Part shown: in pieces, positions 1 through 8,491 of the stretch
Layout of the letters: each line of letters begins with the position of its first letter
Position numbering within the stretch: the first letter of the stretch is position 1
Source of the DNA: a virus
Reading direction: 5' to 3' (one strand)
IMG/VR virus record: IMGVR_UViG_3300013947_000011
Coordinates: 1 to 42,741 of that record
Length of the DNA: 42,741 nucleotides
Notes under the pieces: model-generated
Databases searched by the model: none
What the model saw: only the letters and a program-made list of their open reading frames with translations
What the model was told of the DNA's origin: nothing
Made by a program: the position numbers and the translations under genes

Positions 1-1
1 G

Positions 2-217
2 GGCAACGCCGCCGCTTCTGGCGTGAGGGGCAACGCCGCCGCTTCTGGCGTGAGGGGCAACGCCGCCGCTTCTGGCGAGAATGGCAACGCCGCCGCTTCT
101 GGCGTGAGGGGCAACGCCGCCGCTTCTGGCTGGAGTGGCAACGCCGCCGCTTCTGGCGTGAGTGGCAACGCCGCCGCTTCTGGCGTGAGGGGCAACGCCG
201 CCGCTTCTGGCGTGAGG
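2..217 (+). repeat. 27-bp in-frame tandem repeat, 8 copies (GGCAACGCCGCCGCTTCTGGC + variable hexamer)
   Basis: The 21-nt core is identical in every copy. Only the last 6 nt vary (GTGAGG, GAGAAT, TGGAGT, GTGAGT). Confidence 0.95.
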
Positions 218-457
218 GGCACGGCGACCGTAACAGGCGCGTATGGCGGCGCAAGAGCACTCGGCCATGATTGCTTGGCCGTCGCGTGGGGGCCTGAAAG
301 CAAGGCTATGGGCAAGCTTGGGAACTGGCTTGTGCTGTCCGAGCACGAGAATGGCACCATCGTAGACGCGCAGATGGTCCGTATTGATGGAGATATCATC
401 AAGCCGGATACATGGTACATGCTGCGCAACGGGGAGCCTGTGGAGGTGGAAGAATGA
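2..457 (+). CDS. C-terminal part of the tandem-repeat phage protein that starts at 42296 (GNAAASGxx nonapeptide repeats followed by a conserved C-terminal domain)
   Basis: The frame is open from position 2. There are 8 perfect 27-bp repeats, then GTATVTGAYGGARALGHDCLAVAWGPESKAMGKLGNWLVLSEH...DTWYMLRNGEPVEVEE. Stop TGA is at 455-457. Confidence 0.8.
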   Translation, partial: GNAAASGVRGNAAASGVRGNAAASGENGNAAASGVRGNAAASGWSGNAAASGVSGNAAASGVRGNAAASGVRGTATVTGAYGGARALGHDCLAVAWGPESKAMGKLGNWLVLSEHENGTIVDAQMVRIDGDIIKPDTWYMLRNGEPVEVEE

Positions 458-546
458 CCATCGTATGGATATTCTGCTTCATCGGCGTGGGGGCCTGCGT
501 TTCCGGGCTGTTGAAGCTGGTGGACTGGATGGAGGGCAAGCGATGA
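454..546 (+). CDS. Small hydrophobic protein (30 aa, MTIVWIFCFIGVGACVSGLLKLVDWMEGKR)
   Basis: ATGA overlap with the upstream stop (455-457) and ATGA overlap with the downstream start (543). One predicted TM helix. Too short to appear in the ORF track. Confidence 0.4.
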   Translation: MTIVWIFCFIGVGACVSGLLKLVDWMEGKR

Positions 547-905
547 TTAAGCGTCTTACCCCGCAGGAAATTGCGGACAAGCTGCGGAAGTGCGCGGACG
601 GGGGCGCATGCAGTACTTGCCCGTGGGATTGTGGAAACGGCAATTGCGTCCCCTCGATAATGCGTGCAGCCGCTGATGCCCTCGACAACCAGCGCACACA
701 TATCCAGGCCCTCATCAGGGCCAACGATGCGCACCGCGAGATGGTGGCCCGCCCTGCTAAGCGCTCCGACATGGTAGAGGCCCTGGACGCCATCGAAAAC
801 GGCATGTCCAGAGTGGCCACGGACCGCGACATCTGGCAGAACGACCTGATCTATGCGCTTTGCCAGGGTGTGCGGCTCCTGCTGGAAGATCGGGTGAAGA
901 AATGA
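543..905 (+). CDS. Hypothetical Cys-rich early protein
   Basis: ATG at 543 follows GGAGGG. The ORF track frame 384..905 contains this start. CSTCPWDCGNGNC motif. Confidence 0.6.
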   Translation: MIKRLTPQEIADKLRKCADGGACSTCPWDCGNGNCVPSIMRAAADALDNQRTHIQALIRANDAHREMVARPAKRSDMVEALDAIENGMSRVATDRDIWQNDLIYALCQGVRLLLEDRVKK

Positions 906-951
906 ACCGTAAAAGGCCGAACGTAGAGCGCCGCCGGAAGGGGGCGGGGAC

Positions 952-1146
952 GTGAGGGTATACCAGTACACCACAGGAGACAAATTCCGGCTACCCATTG
1001 CGCAGGCTGACACGATACAAGAGCTTGCAGGGATTGTCGGCGTTGACCCTGCTGTCGTGCGCAGAGCGTACAAGCGCGTAATGACCGGCGCAGTGAAGCA
1101 GAGCCGATACACCTTTGTAGACATACCGGACGAGGAGGACGATTGA
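952..1146 (+). CDS. Hypothetical small early protein
   Basis: GTG start 7 nt after AAGGGGG. 64 aa with an acidic tail. Confidence 0.5.
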   Translation: MRVYQYTTGDKFRLPIAQADTIQELAGIVGVDPAVVRRAYKRVMTGAVKQSRYTFVDIPDEEDD

Positions 1147-1472
1147 TGTACATTTGCGACGAGTGCGACGCTGTGTTTGATGAACCCATCCGCAAGCAAG
1201 AGTACTCCGAAGAATACGGAGACAGCACCGCATACTACTGCCCCCGCTGCGGGGCAGAGATTGGAAACCCGTATGAATACACGGCTGACGAGTGTCCGTC
1301 CTGCCACGGCGCGAAGAACGCACAGGACCCGGTGTGCCGCAAGTGCAAGCTGCGTGTAAAAGGGCTGCTCCGGCTGTTCGTCGGCGATTTCAACCGACCT
1401 GAACGCGAATACCTGGCCGACCTTCTGGACGGCGATACGCTGGACAACATCGCGAAAGGAGAAAGAATTTGA
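1146..1472 (+). CDS. Zinc-ribbon protein (CxxC...CxxC, CxxC...CxxC)
   Basis: ATG at 1146 overlaps the upstream TGA. Four CxxC pairs are present in the translation. Confidence 0.6.
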   Translation: MYICDECDAVFDEPIRKQEYSEEYGDSTAYYCPRCGAEIGNPYEYTADECPSCHGAKNAQDPVCRKCKLRVKGLLRLFVGDFNRPEREYLADLLDGDTLDNIAKGERI

Positions 1473-1954
1473 ACCTGTATCAGATCGATTCCGCGATTGC
1501 CGAGTGCGTAGACGCGGAAAGCGGCGAAGTCCTCGATTTCGACAAACTCGCGGAACTGAGCATGGAACGCGACCGCAAGATTGAGAACATCGCCCTTTGG
1601 ATTAAGAACGACCTCTCCGAGGCTAAGGCCATCCGGGAGGAAGAGAAGTCGCTTGCCGCCCGCCGCCAGTCCCTGGAACGTGCGGCAGAGAGCAAAAAGC
1701 ACTATCTGGAGTCTGTGCTCAACGGAGAAAAGTTCTCCACGGCTAAGTGCTCCATCAGCTTCCGCACCACCACGAGCGTGGAGTTGGAGGACATGGCCGC
1801 TGCGGTGGCGTGGATGGTGGCGAACGGCCACGGGGACGAAGTTTCCCGTCCGGCTCCCACGGTGAGCAAGACAGACTTGGCCCGGCTGATGAAAACCGGG
1901 GCACAAATCGACGGCGCACGGCTCGTGCAAGGCCGCAGTATGGGGGTAAAGTGA
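1469..1954 (+). CDS. Siphovirus Gp157-like protein
   Basis: TTG start 7 nt after GGAG. N-terminus MNLYQID and coiled-coil layout are typical of the Gp157 family. It lies next to a recombinase gene. Confidence 0.6.
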   Translation: MNLYQIDSAIAECVDAESGEVLDFDKLAELSMERDRKIENIALWIKNDLSEAKAIREEEKSLAARRQSLERAAESKKHYLESVLNGEKFSTAKCSISFRTTTSVELEDMAAAVAWMVANGHGDEVSRPAPTVSKTDLARLMKTGAQIDGARLVQGRSMGVK

Positions 1955-2598
1955 TGGACAATCTCGCAATCTATAACGCCGTGCGCAAGGTACCCGAGAA
2001 CGCAAAGCGGCCCATTTCGGCTGGTAGGCTGAAGGGCAAGACGGATATCAACCCCATGTGGCGCATTAAGGCACTCACAGAACAGTTTGGACCCTGCGGA
2101 ATCGGCTGGAAGTACACCATCACCGACAAGCGCCTGGAAAACGGCGCGAACGGAGAAATCTCCGCATTCCTGGACATTGACTTGTTTGTTAAGGTGGGCG
2201 ACACGTGGTCCGACGCAATACCCGGAACCGGAGGGAGTGCATTTGTTGCCAAAGAGAAAAACGGGCCGTACACCTCCGACGAATGCTTCAAGATGGCTCT
2301 GACAGATGCGATTTCCGTGGCATGCAAGGCTCTTGGATTTGGAGCCGATGTGTACTGGGACGCTGATAGGAGCAAGTACGACAAGACCGCTAGGGAGCCT
2401 TCCGGGAAAGAGAGCCCCGGCGGTGCACAGGAACCCACTGGCCCCGCCTGCGACATGTGCGGGCACGTCATCGCCCCGAAAAAATGCGGCGGTAAGGAAT
2501 ATTCCGTTGCCGATATCATCGCCGGGTCCATGGCCAAGTACAAGAAACAGCTCTGTTGGACATGCATGCGGGCCATCAATGCGGAGAATAAGGCATGA
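1954..2598 (+). CDS. Single-strand annealing protein, Rad52/Sak-like, with C-terminal zinc ribbon
   Basis: ATG at 1954 overlaps the upstream TGA. Motifs INPMWRIKALTEQFGPCGIGW and DAISVACKALGFGADVYW resemble Rad52-type SSAPs. It lies between Gp157 and SSB. Confidence 0.55.
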   Translation: MDNLAIYNAVRKVPENAKRPISAGRLKGKTDINPMWRIKALTEQFGPCGIGWKYTITDKRLENGANGEISAFLDIDLFVKVGDTWSDAIPGTGGSAFVAKEKNGPYTSDECFKMALTDAISVACKALGFGADVYWDADRSKYDKTAREPSGKESPGGAQEPTGPACDMCGHVIAPKKCGGKEYSVADIIAGSMAKYKKQLCWTCMRAINAENKA

Positions 2599-2927
2599 AC
2601 GACCTGGTTACAGAGATCGGCAACAAGAGCCGGATGCTGGACGTGGCCATAACGGAACTAAAAAAGCGCGGGCAGAAATATGCGGAGGCTGAAAAAGCCT
2701 ACCGCATAGCCCTGGCGCGGTGCATCCTCGACGAGCGCGAGAAGGGCACGCCGGTGACGATCATCTCCGATATCTGCCGTGGCTCCGCGCAGATAGCCAG
2801 TCTGCGGTTTGAACGGGATTGCGCAGAGGTGGTGTACAAGTCGGCCATGGAAGCCATCAACTCCATGAAGCTGCAAATCCGACTCATGGACAGCCAGCTT
2901 GACAGAGAGTGGGGTGCTGCGAAATGA
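2595..2927 (+). CDS. Hypothetical early protein
   Basis: ATGA coupling at both ends. Coding-like composition. Confidence 0.55.
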   Translation: MNDLVTEIGNKSRMLDVAITELKKRGQKYAEAEKAYRIALARCILDEREKGTPVTIISDICRGSAQIASLRFERDCAEVVYKSAMEAINSMKLQIRLMDSQLDREWGAAK

Positions 2928-3451
2928 GCCGACGTGAGTTTTCAAGGACCAAGGACATCGCCGGGCAGCGGTTCGGCAAACTGGTAGCGCTATATCCCCT
3001 CCCCCGTGCGGCGACGTGGGGGAACACATACTGGGTGTGCCGGTGCGATTGCGGCAACAAGACGATTTCTAATGGCGCGAACTTGCGCAGAGGGCACAAA
3101 AAGTCCTGCGGGTGCATTAAACACCGGGTTACTCCGACCTACCTGACGTGGAACGGCGAAAAGAAAACAATCTGCGATTGGGCCATAATTACCGGAATCA
3201 GCCCGGACTTAATCCGCAAGCGCTGGAAAGCTGGGTGGCCCGTAGACGCTATCTTCACTGAGGTAGAGAAACCGCAATTGTGCTGGGGCTGCGCCAAGGC
3301 ATGCGGTGGGTGCTCCTGGTCAAAGCGGTTTGAGCCGGTCCCCGGTTGGACCGCAACGCCCACCCTGCTGAGCGGAAAAATATCGTCATTCAGAATCACG
3401 GAGTGCCCGGAGTTCGTATCGGACGGAACGGAGTACGATCCCGATGAGTGA
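2924..3451 (+). CDS. Hypothetical Cys-rich (putative zinc/DNA-binding) protein
   Basis: ATGA overlap at 2924. Motifs WVCRCDCGN...SCGC and CWGCAKACGGCSW. Confidence 0.55.
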   Translation: MSRREFSRTKDIAGQRFGKLVALYPLPRAATWGNTYWVCRCDCGNKTISNGANLRRGHKKSCGCIKHRVTPTYLTWNGEKKTICDWAIITGISPDLIRKRWKAGWPVDAIFTEVEKPQLCWGCAKACGGCSWSKRFEPVPGWTATPTLLSGKISSFRITECPEFVSDGTEYDPDE

Positions 3452-3722
3452 ACGAAGGTGTTTTCTTTGCGGTAGGAACGGCGCACAGGACCCGTTAGAA
3501 CGGCACCACATCTTCGGCGGCTCATACCGCAGAAAAAGCGAGAAATACGGCGCTGTGGTGTGGCTCTGCGGCGACAGGTGCCACAGGAACGGCAAGTCTG
3601 CCGTGCACCGGAACGGCAACCAGATGCGCCGATTGCGCCGGTACGGACAGCTGACAATCATGAAGAACGAGGGCTGGACAGAGGACGATTTCCGGCGCGA
3701 GTTCGGGAAGTCATATCTATAG
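3444..3722 (+). CDS. Cys/His-rich protein, HNH/zinc-finger-like
   Basis: CFLCG...LERHHIFGG...WLCGDRCHRNG pattern. Confidence 0.5.
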   Translation: MSERRCFLCGRNGAQDPLERHHIFGGSYRRKSEKYGAVVWLCGDRCHRNGKSAVHRNGNQMRRLRRYGQLTIMKNEGWTEDDFRREFGKSYL

Positions 3723-3731
3723 GAGGTAACA

Positions 3732-3923
3732 ATGGAAAAGAAATTGCTGTACACGAGAAATGAGGCAGCGAAACTGTTGAGCGTCAGTGTTGACACGCTG
3801 GACGCCCTGCGGCGCGACTGCATCATTCGGGGCTATCACGTGGCCCGTGGCAATCCTCGCGTCTACTTCAAGGCCAAGGACCTGATGAAGTACATGGAGC
3901 GTCTGGAGGTGGCAGAATGCTGA
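3732..3923 (+). CDS. Helix-turn-helix DNA-binding protein (excisionase/MerR-like HTH_17 type)
   Basis: GGAGG RBS. LLYTRNEAAKLLSVSVDTLDALRRD...YFKAKDLMKYMERLE matches the excisionase-family HTH layout. Confidence 0.6.
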   Translation: MEKKLLYTRNEAAKLLSVSVDTLDALRRDCIIRGYHVARGNPRVYFKAKDLMKYMERLEVAEC

Positions 3924-4312
3924 ACAAGGCCATCGTCATGGGTCGTCTGACCCGCGACCCCGAACTGCGTCGTACCCAGAGCGGCACCGCCGTCACCAGC
4001 TTCACCCTGGCCGTGGACCGGGACTTCAAGTCCCAGAGCGGCGAGAAGGAGACGGACTTCATCGACGTGGTGGCATGGCGCAACACCGGCGAGTTTGCCG
4101 CGAAATACCTTGCCAAGGGCCGCATGGCCGCCGTGGAGGGCCGCATTCAGGTCCGCGACTGGCAGGACAAGGACGGCAATCGCCGCAAGGCCGTTGAGGT
4201 GGTGGCCGATAACGTGTATTTCGCGGACTCCAAGCGGGACAGTAAACCCCAGGAGTCTCCCGCGACCAACGCGTTTGACGAAATTGAAGATGATGGCGAC
4301 CTGCCGTTTTAA
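3917..4312 (+). CDS. ssb: Single-stranded DNA-binding protein
   Basis: OB-fold SSB sequence (MLNKAIVMGRLTRDPELRRTQSGTAVTSFTLAV...VVAWRN) with the acidic C-terminal tip DDGDLPF. Confidence 0.95.
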   Translation: MLNKAIVMGRLTRDPELRRTQSGTAVTSFTLAVDRDFKSQSGEKETDFIDVVAWRNTGEFAAKYLAKGRMAAVEGRIQVRDWQDKDGNRRKAVEVVADNVYFADSKRDSKPQESPATNAFDEIEDDGDLPF

Positions 4313-4324
4313 CGGAGGTCCGCC

Positions 4325-5032
4325 ATGCCGAATAGGATTATAAACGAGAAAATCCGCACAAGCAAATCTATCAACCGTCTTACGGATTTCCAATTTCGGC
4401 TTTGGACATATTTGCTGACTTATGTGGACGACTACGGGCGCGGGAGCGCGGACCCCGAAATATTGAAGGGTTTCGTGTTCCCCCGCCGGGCAATCCGGGA
4501 ACAGGATATTCAGAAGGGCCTTGATGCACTGGACCGCAATGGTAGCATTCTCCTCTATGAAGTTGCAGGAGAACCCTATTTTTGCCTGCCGGGCTGGGCT
4601 AAGTATCAGAGGATACAGCAGAAGAAAGCCAAGTTCCCCGACCCACCGGAATCCGCAAACGGGCAGGATTCCACGGTTATCCACGGTGAGTCACGGTGTG
4701 CCACGGTGAGTCACGGTGAGTCACCGCCTGAATCCGAATCCGAATCCAATCCGAATCCAAGAGAGAAAAACGCGCACGCCGCGCGTTTCTCCCCACCAAC
4801 CGTTGATGCTGTGGCGGAATATGTCCGCGAGAAGGGCTATCACGTCAACGCAGATCGCTTTGTGGCCTTCTACCAGCAGAAGGGCTGGATGGTCGGCAAA
4901 AACCCCATGAAGGACTGGAAAGCTGCCGTCCGCACATGGCATTACCGGGACAACCCAAAGCCGCCAGCGGAGCAGAAAGCCCCAAAATGGACGTACAACT
5001 CCGACACCGGCGGCTGGACGCAGGAGGACTGA
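4325..5032 (+). CDS. Replisome organizer / replication initiator (DnaD-like C-terminus)
   Basis: The N-terminus (FQFRLWTYLLTYVDDYGRG) is typical of phage replisome organizers. It lies directly upstream of DnaB and contains internal iterons. Confidence 0.7.
   Translation: MPNRIINEKIRTSKSINRLTDFQFRLWTYLLTYVDDYGRGSADPEILKGFVFPRRAIREQDIQKGLDALDRNGSILLYEVAGEPYFCLPGWAKYQRIQQKKAKFPDPPESANGQDSTVIHGESRCATVSHGESPPESESESNPNPREKNAHAARFSPPTVDAVAEYVREKGYHVNADRFVAFYQQKGWMVGKNPMKDWKAAVRTWHYRDNPKPPAEQKAPKWTYNSDTGGWTQED
4671..4758 (+). repeat. Iteron array inside the organizer gene: six phased 10-bp YCACGGTNNN units followed by five GAATCC-type hexamers (candidate ori)
   Basis: CCACGGTTAT CCACGGTGAG TCACGGTGTG CCACGGTGAG TCACGGTGAG TCACCGCCTG, then GAATCCGAATCCGAATCCAATCCGAATCC. 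Confidence 0.8.
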
Positions 5033-5035
5033 CGC

Positions 5036-6301
5036 ATGCTGGACTCTCTCTACCTGGAGCAAAACGTCATTGGGGCGCTGCTCATCCAGCCGGAATGCTA
5101 CGAAGCTGCCGCAGAGCTGTCCCCGGATGATTTCCTTGTGCCGGAATACGCAGAGCTGTTCCGGGCCATTCAACGCCGGAACGAAGCTGGGGACCCTGCG
5201 GACGCCCCGTCTGTGCTGATGGACGCATCCAGCCGCAATGACAACGTGACCAGCAAGATCATGACGGACTGCATGGACGCTGTCGTGACCACCGCCAACA
5301 TCGACGCGTGGGTGGCCGGGATGCGGGATGCATCCATGGGCCGGAAGCTCAGAGACCTGGGCGAGGAACTCCGAACAGCGGAGCTATCCCCGCAGGATGC
5401 CCTCAGAGCGGCGCAGGAAGCTGTCACAGCGATTCAGGACGGTTCAGGGGTATCCGGGGGCCTGGAAGTTTCCGAAGCCGTGAAGGGCCTTAAAAATCGC
5501 GTTGACAAGGGCTTTGCTGGCGGTCCTCCCCCATACGTCAAGACCGGCTTGCAGGAATTTGACAGATTGCTGGGCGGAGGACTCATCAACGGCGGGTTCC
5601 ACATCGTCGCCGCGCGGCCCGGGAAGGGCAAATCCGCCCTGGCCATGCAAATCGCCCTCAATGCGGCAAAACGCGATGTGAAGGTGCTGTATATCTCCCT
5701 GGAAATGTCGCCGGACGACTGCACCAGCAGACTGACGGCCAACATAGCGGGGATATCCTCCCGGCTGCTGATGTTCGGCGGAACTTTGACGGAAGCGGAA
5801 TACGCCAAGTACGCGGAAGCGTCCGCCAAGCTGTCCGACCTGCCCATCGTGTTCAACCGGCGGTCGAACATGGACATGCGGGCCGTGACAGCGCTGGCCT
5901 ACAGGGTAAAGCCGGGGCTGATCGTGCTGGACCACATCGGTCTGCTGGAGCAGGAAAACAAGAAATCCACGCTCTACGAGAGCACCACGAAGAACAGCCG
6001 ATCGGCAAAACTGCTGGCCATGCGGATGGATATCCCCATGCTGTGCCTGTGCCAGCTGAACAGAGCCGGTGCGTCAGACCGTGGCGGCGAGTTCCGGGCT
6101 ACCATGGCCAACCTCCGGGAGTCCGGCGCGATTGAGCAGGACGCGGACACCGTGACGCTGCTGCATCGCCCGTGCGAGAAGGAGGACCGGGGCGAATGGG
6201 ACCCGGACATGCTGGAGCTATACCTGGACAAAAATCGACGCGGCCCCACCGGGATGGTGAGGATGGCCTATTTCCCCAACACGGGCCGCATAGTGATGTG
6301 A
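5036..6301 (+). CDS. dnaB: Replicative DNA helicase, DnaB family
   Basis: DnaB N-terminal domain (EQNVIGALLIQPE), Walker A ARPGKGKSALAMQ, and RecA-like C-terminal motifs. Confidence 0.9.
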   Translation: MLDSLYLEQNVIGALLIQPECYEAAAELSPDDFLVPEYAELFRAIQRRNEAGDPADAPSVLMDASSRNDNVTSKIMTDCMDAVVTTANIDAWVAGMRDASMGRKLRDLGEELRTAELSPQDALRAAQEAVTAIQDGSGVSGGLEVSEAVKGLKNRVDKGFAGGPPPYVKTGLQEFDRLLGGGLINGGFHIVAARPGKGKSALAMQIALNAAKRDVKVLYISLEMSPDDCTSRLTANIAGISSRLLMFGGTLTEAEYAKYAEASAKLSDLPIVFNRRSNMDMRAVTALAYRVKPGLIVLDHIGLLEQENKKSTLYESTTKNSRSAKLLAMRMDIPMLCLCQLNRAGASDRGGEFRATMANLRESGAIEQDADTVTLLHRPCEKEDRGEWDPDMLELYLDKNRRGPTGMVRMAYFPNTGRIVM

Positions 6302-6308
6302 GGGCGAC

Positions 6309-6677
6309 ATGAAAAAGATCGTTATTCCCCTGCCCCCTGTGACGAAGAAGAACCACCCCAGGCTTATCCGTGGGCCTTACGGTGCTCCGAAGATTCTTCC
6401 ATCCAAGCAGTTTATGGAATATCAGGAATCTGCGGCATGGTACTGCCACGCGGACAAGCTGATTTCAGAGCCGGTAACGGTAAAATGTTTATTTTACATG
6501 CCGTCTCACCGGCGCGTGGACCTGACCAATCTCCTGGAAGCTATCGACGATGTGCTGGTGCATACCGGAGTTCTGGAGGATGACAACAGCAACATCATCG
6601 TGTCGCACGACGGGAGCCGTGTACTGTACGACAAGGAGAACCCCCGGACGGAGGTGTATATCAGCCGGTATGAATGA
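6309..6677 (+). CDS. rusA: RusA-family Holliday junction resolvase
   Basis: PPVTKKNHP...DLTNLLEAIDDVL...GVLEDDN is the RusA signature. Confidence 0.8.
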   Translation: MKKIVIPLPPVTKKNHPRLIRGPYGAPKILPSKQFMEYQESAAWYCHADKLISEPVTVKCLFYMPSHRRVDLTNLLEAIDDVLVHTGVLEDDNSNIIVSHDGSRVLYDKENPRTEVYISRYE

Positions 6678-7083
6678 TTTTGACTATGACTGCATGCAGA
6701 AAAAGCGCATTGCGCGAGGTGCGTTTGCGCATATCAGCCGAAAGCGCGGCGGGTGTACGCTGCCCAGCGACAACCTGACCGCAAAACAAAGAAGGGAGAA
6801 AAACGGAGAAGTGAAAAGCTATAACATCGCCCGGCCCATGCCGTGGCCGGAGTTCAAGGCCATGCCAGAGGATCTGAAGCGCGAGTTCTTACGCAACATG
6901 CAGGGCTTTGGAGGCACCGCAGAATGGCTGGCGGATGAAATGGGTGCGGCAAGCGCGACCATAAGAGCCGCCGCAAAAGCCGCCGGGACGCGCGGAGAGC
7001 CAGCCTACGGGAACGATGCGAAAAGGCGGCGGAGATCATTGCGGGGAACCCGGACGAACAGTGGCTATGCTGGTGCGATTTGA
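6670..7083 (+). CDS. Hypothetical protein; its 3' end runs into the helicase remnant in another frame
   Basis: ATG at 6670 overlaps the rusA stop. The Arg-rich tail after about residue 105 looks like read-through into foreign sequence. Confidence 0.45.
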   Translation: MNDFDYDCMQKKRIARGAFAHISRKRGGCTLPSDNLTAKQRREKNGEVKSYNIARPMPWPEFKAMPEDLKREFLRNMQGFGGTAEWLADEMGAASATIRAAAKAAGTRGEPAYGNDAKRRRRSLRGTRTNSGYAGAI

Positions 7084-7553
7084 ACGCCGAAAGCGAACTG
7101 CTGGCCAAGATTATCCCCGGCGGCGAGGAAGTGCGCGGAAGCGATAAGCCGGAGCAAAAGGAATCCGCACTCTTGCGGTTCGCGGGCGGCGAACTCCGCG
7201 TACTGGTTACCAAGCCGTCTATAGCCGGATTTGGGATGAACTGGCAGCAATGCCACAACATGATATTTGTAGGTCTGTCCGACAGTTATGAGCAGATGTA
7301 CCAAGCCATCCGCAGGTGCTACCGGTTCGGGCAAAAACTGCCCGTAAATGTGCATATTGTCACGTCTGCGGCAGAGGGAGCCGTGAAAGCCAATGTGGAC
7401 CGCAAAGAGCGGCAGGCTGCGGAAATGAAGCAGAATATGGTGCGGTACACGAAAGAAATCTTGAGAAAGGATATCCGGGGGCAGGAACGGGTTGCTATCC
7501 CGTACAACCCGCAGATCGCGATGATTGTCCCGGAATGGGTAATAGGCGCATGA
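7020..7553 (+). pseudogene. SNF2/DEAD-type helicase remnant, C-terminal RecA2 lobe only
   Basis: The frame is open from 6939 with no ATG or GTG; TTG at 7080 is the only start-like codon. The translation EKAAEIIAGNPDEQWLCWCDLNAESELL...RVLVTKPSIAGFGMNWQ...QAIRRCYRFGQ carries helicase motifs IV-VI. Motifs I-III are absent from the window. Confidence 0.6.
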
Positions 7554-8491
7554 ACGTATTGGACCAATTTATTGGACGCAGATATGCAGTGTATAACGGG
7601 GATAGCTGCGAGGTGCTGAAAGGCATCCCCGATAACAGCATCCACTACTCCGTTACCTCCATCCCGTTTGCAAGTCTGTATACATACTCCAACAGTGACC
7701 GAGACATGGGCAACTGCCGGAGTTATGAGGAGTTCGCTGAACAGTATATGTACCTTGGCCGCGAATGGTATCGCGTAATGATGCCAGGGCGGAATGTAAG
7801 CATCCACTGCATGAACCTTCCTACCAGTAAGGAGCGGGATGGGTATATCGGAATCCGGGACTTCCGGGGCGACGTGATTCGTTGGATGCAGTCTCTGGGG
7901 TTCATTTACCATAGTGAGGTGTGCATCTGGAAGAATCCCGTAACCGCCATGCAGAGAACCAAGGCTCTGGGGCTGCTGCATAAGCAGATTAAAAAAGACT
8001 CCTGCATGAGCCGGATGGGCATCCCGGACTATGTGGTGACATTCCGCAAGCCGGGAGAAAATCCGGAGAGGGTTTCCCACACGGACGGCACATATCCAGT
8101 ATCCAAGTGGCAGCAGGTAGCATCTCCTATTTGGGAGGAATACGCATCTCCCACATGGTGGGACATCAACCAGAGTGATACGCTTAATCGTAAAGCGGCA
8201 AAAGACGAGAAAGACGAGCGGCATATCTGCCCATTGCAGCTTTCCGTAATCGAGCGGTGCGTGGAGCTGTGGAGCAATCCCGGGGACATTGTGATGGATC
8301 CCTTCGATGGAATCGGCTCCACCGGATACCAGTCCATTTTGATGGGACGCAGACATATTGGCGTGGAGCTGAAGTCCAGTTATTTCCGACTCGCTGCGGA
8401 AAACTGCGCACAGGCCGAAAAAATGGCCGCGGAGGGTGTTCAGGCAGAAAACGGATATACGCTGTTCGACATGATGGAGGGAGCAATATGA
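7550..8491 (+). CDS. DNA methyltransferase, N6-adenine/N4-cytosine (N6_N4_Mtase) family
   Basis: ATGA overlap at the start. Catalytic-type motif TSIPF near the N-terminus and SAM motif DPFDGIGSTG near the C-terminus (beta-class order). Confidence 0.8.
   Translation: MNVLDQFIGRRYAVYNGDSCEVLKGIPDNSIHYSVTSIPFASLYTYSNSDRDMGNCRSYEEFAEQYMYLGREWYRVMMPGRNVSIHCMNLPTSKERDGYIGIRDFRGDVIRWMQSLGFIYHSEVCIWKNPVTAMQRTKALGLLHKQIKKDSCMSRMGIPDYVVTFRKPGENPERVSHTDGTYPVSKWQQVASPIWEEYASPTWWDINQSDTLNRKAAKDEKDERHICPLQLSVIERCVELWSNPGDIVMDPFDGIGSTGYQSILMGRRHIGVELKSSYFRLAAENCAQAEKMAAEGVQAENGYTLFDMMEGAI

Noticed and set aside
1-217. Regular 27-bp repeats could look like a CRISPR array.
   Set aside because: The variable part is only 6 nt and the period is a multiple of 3. 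The array sits in an open reading frame between conserved N-terminal and C-terminal protein domains, and no cas genes are present.
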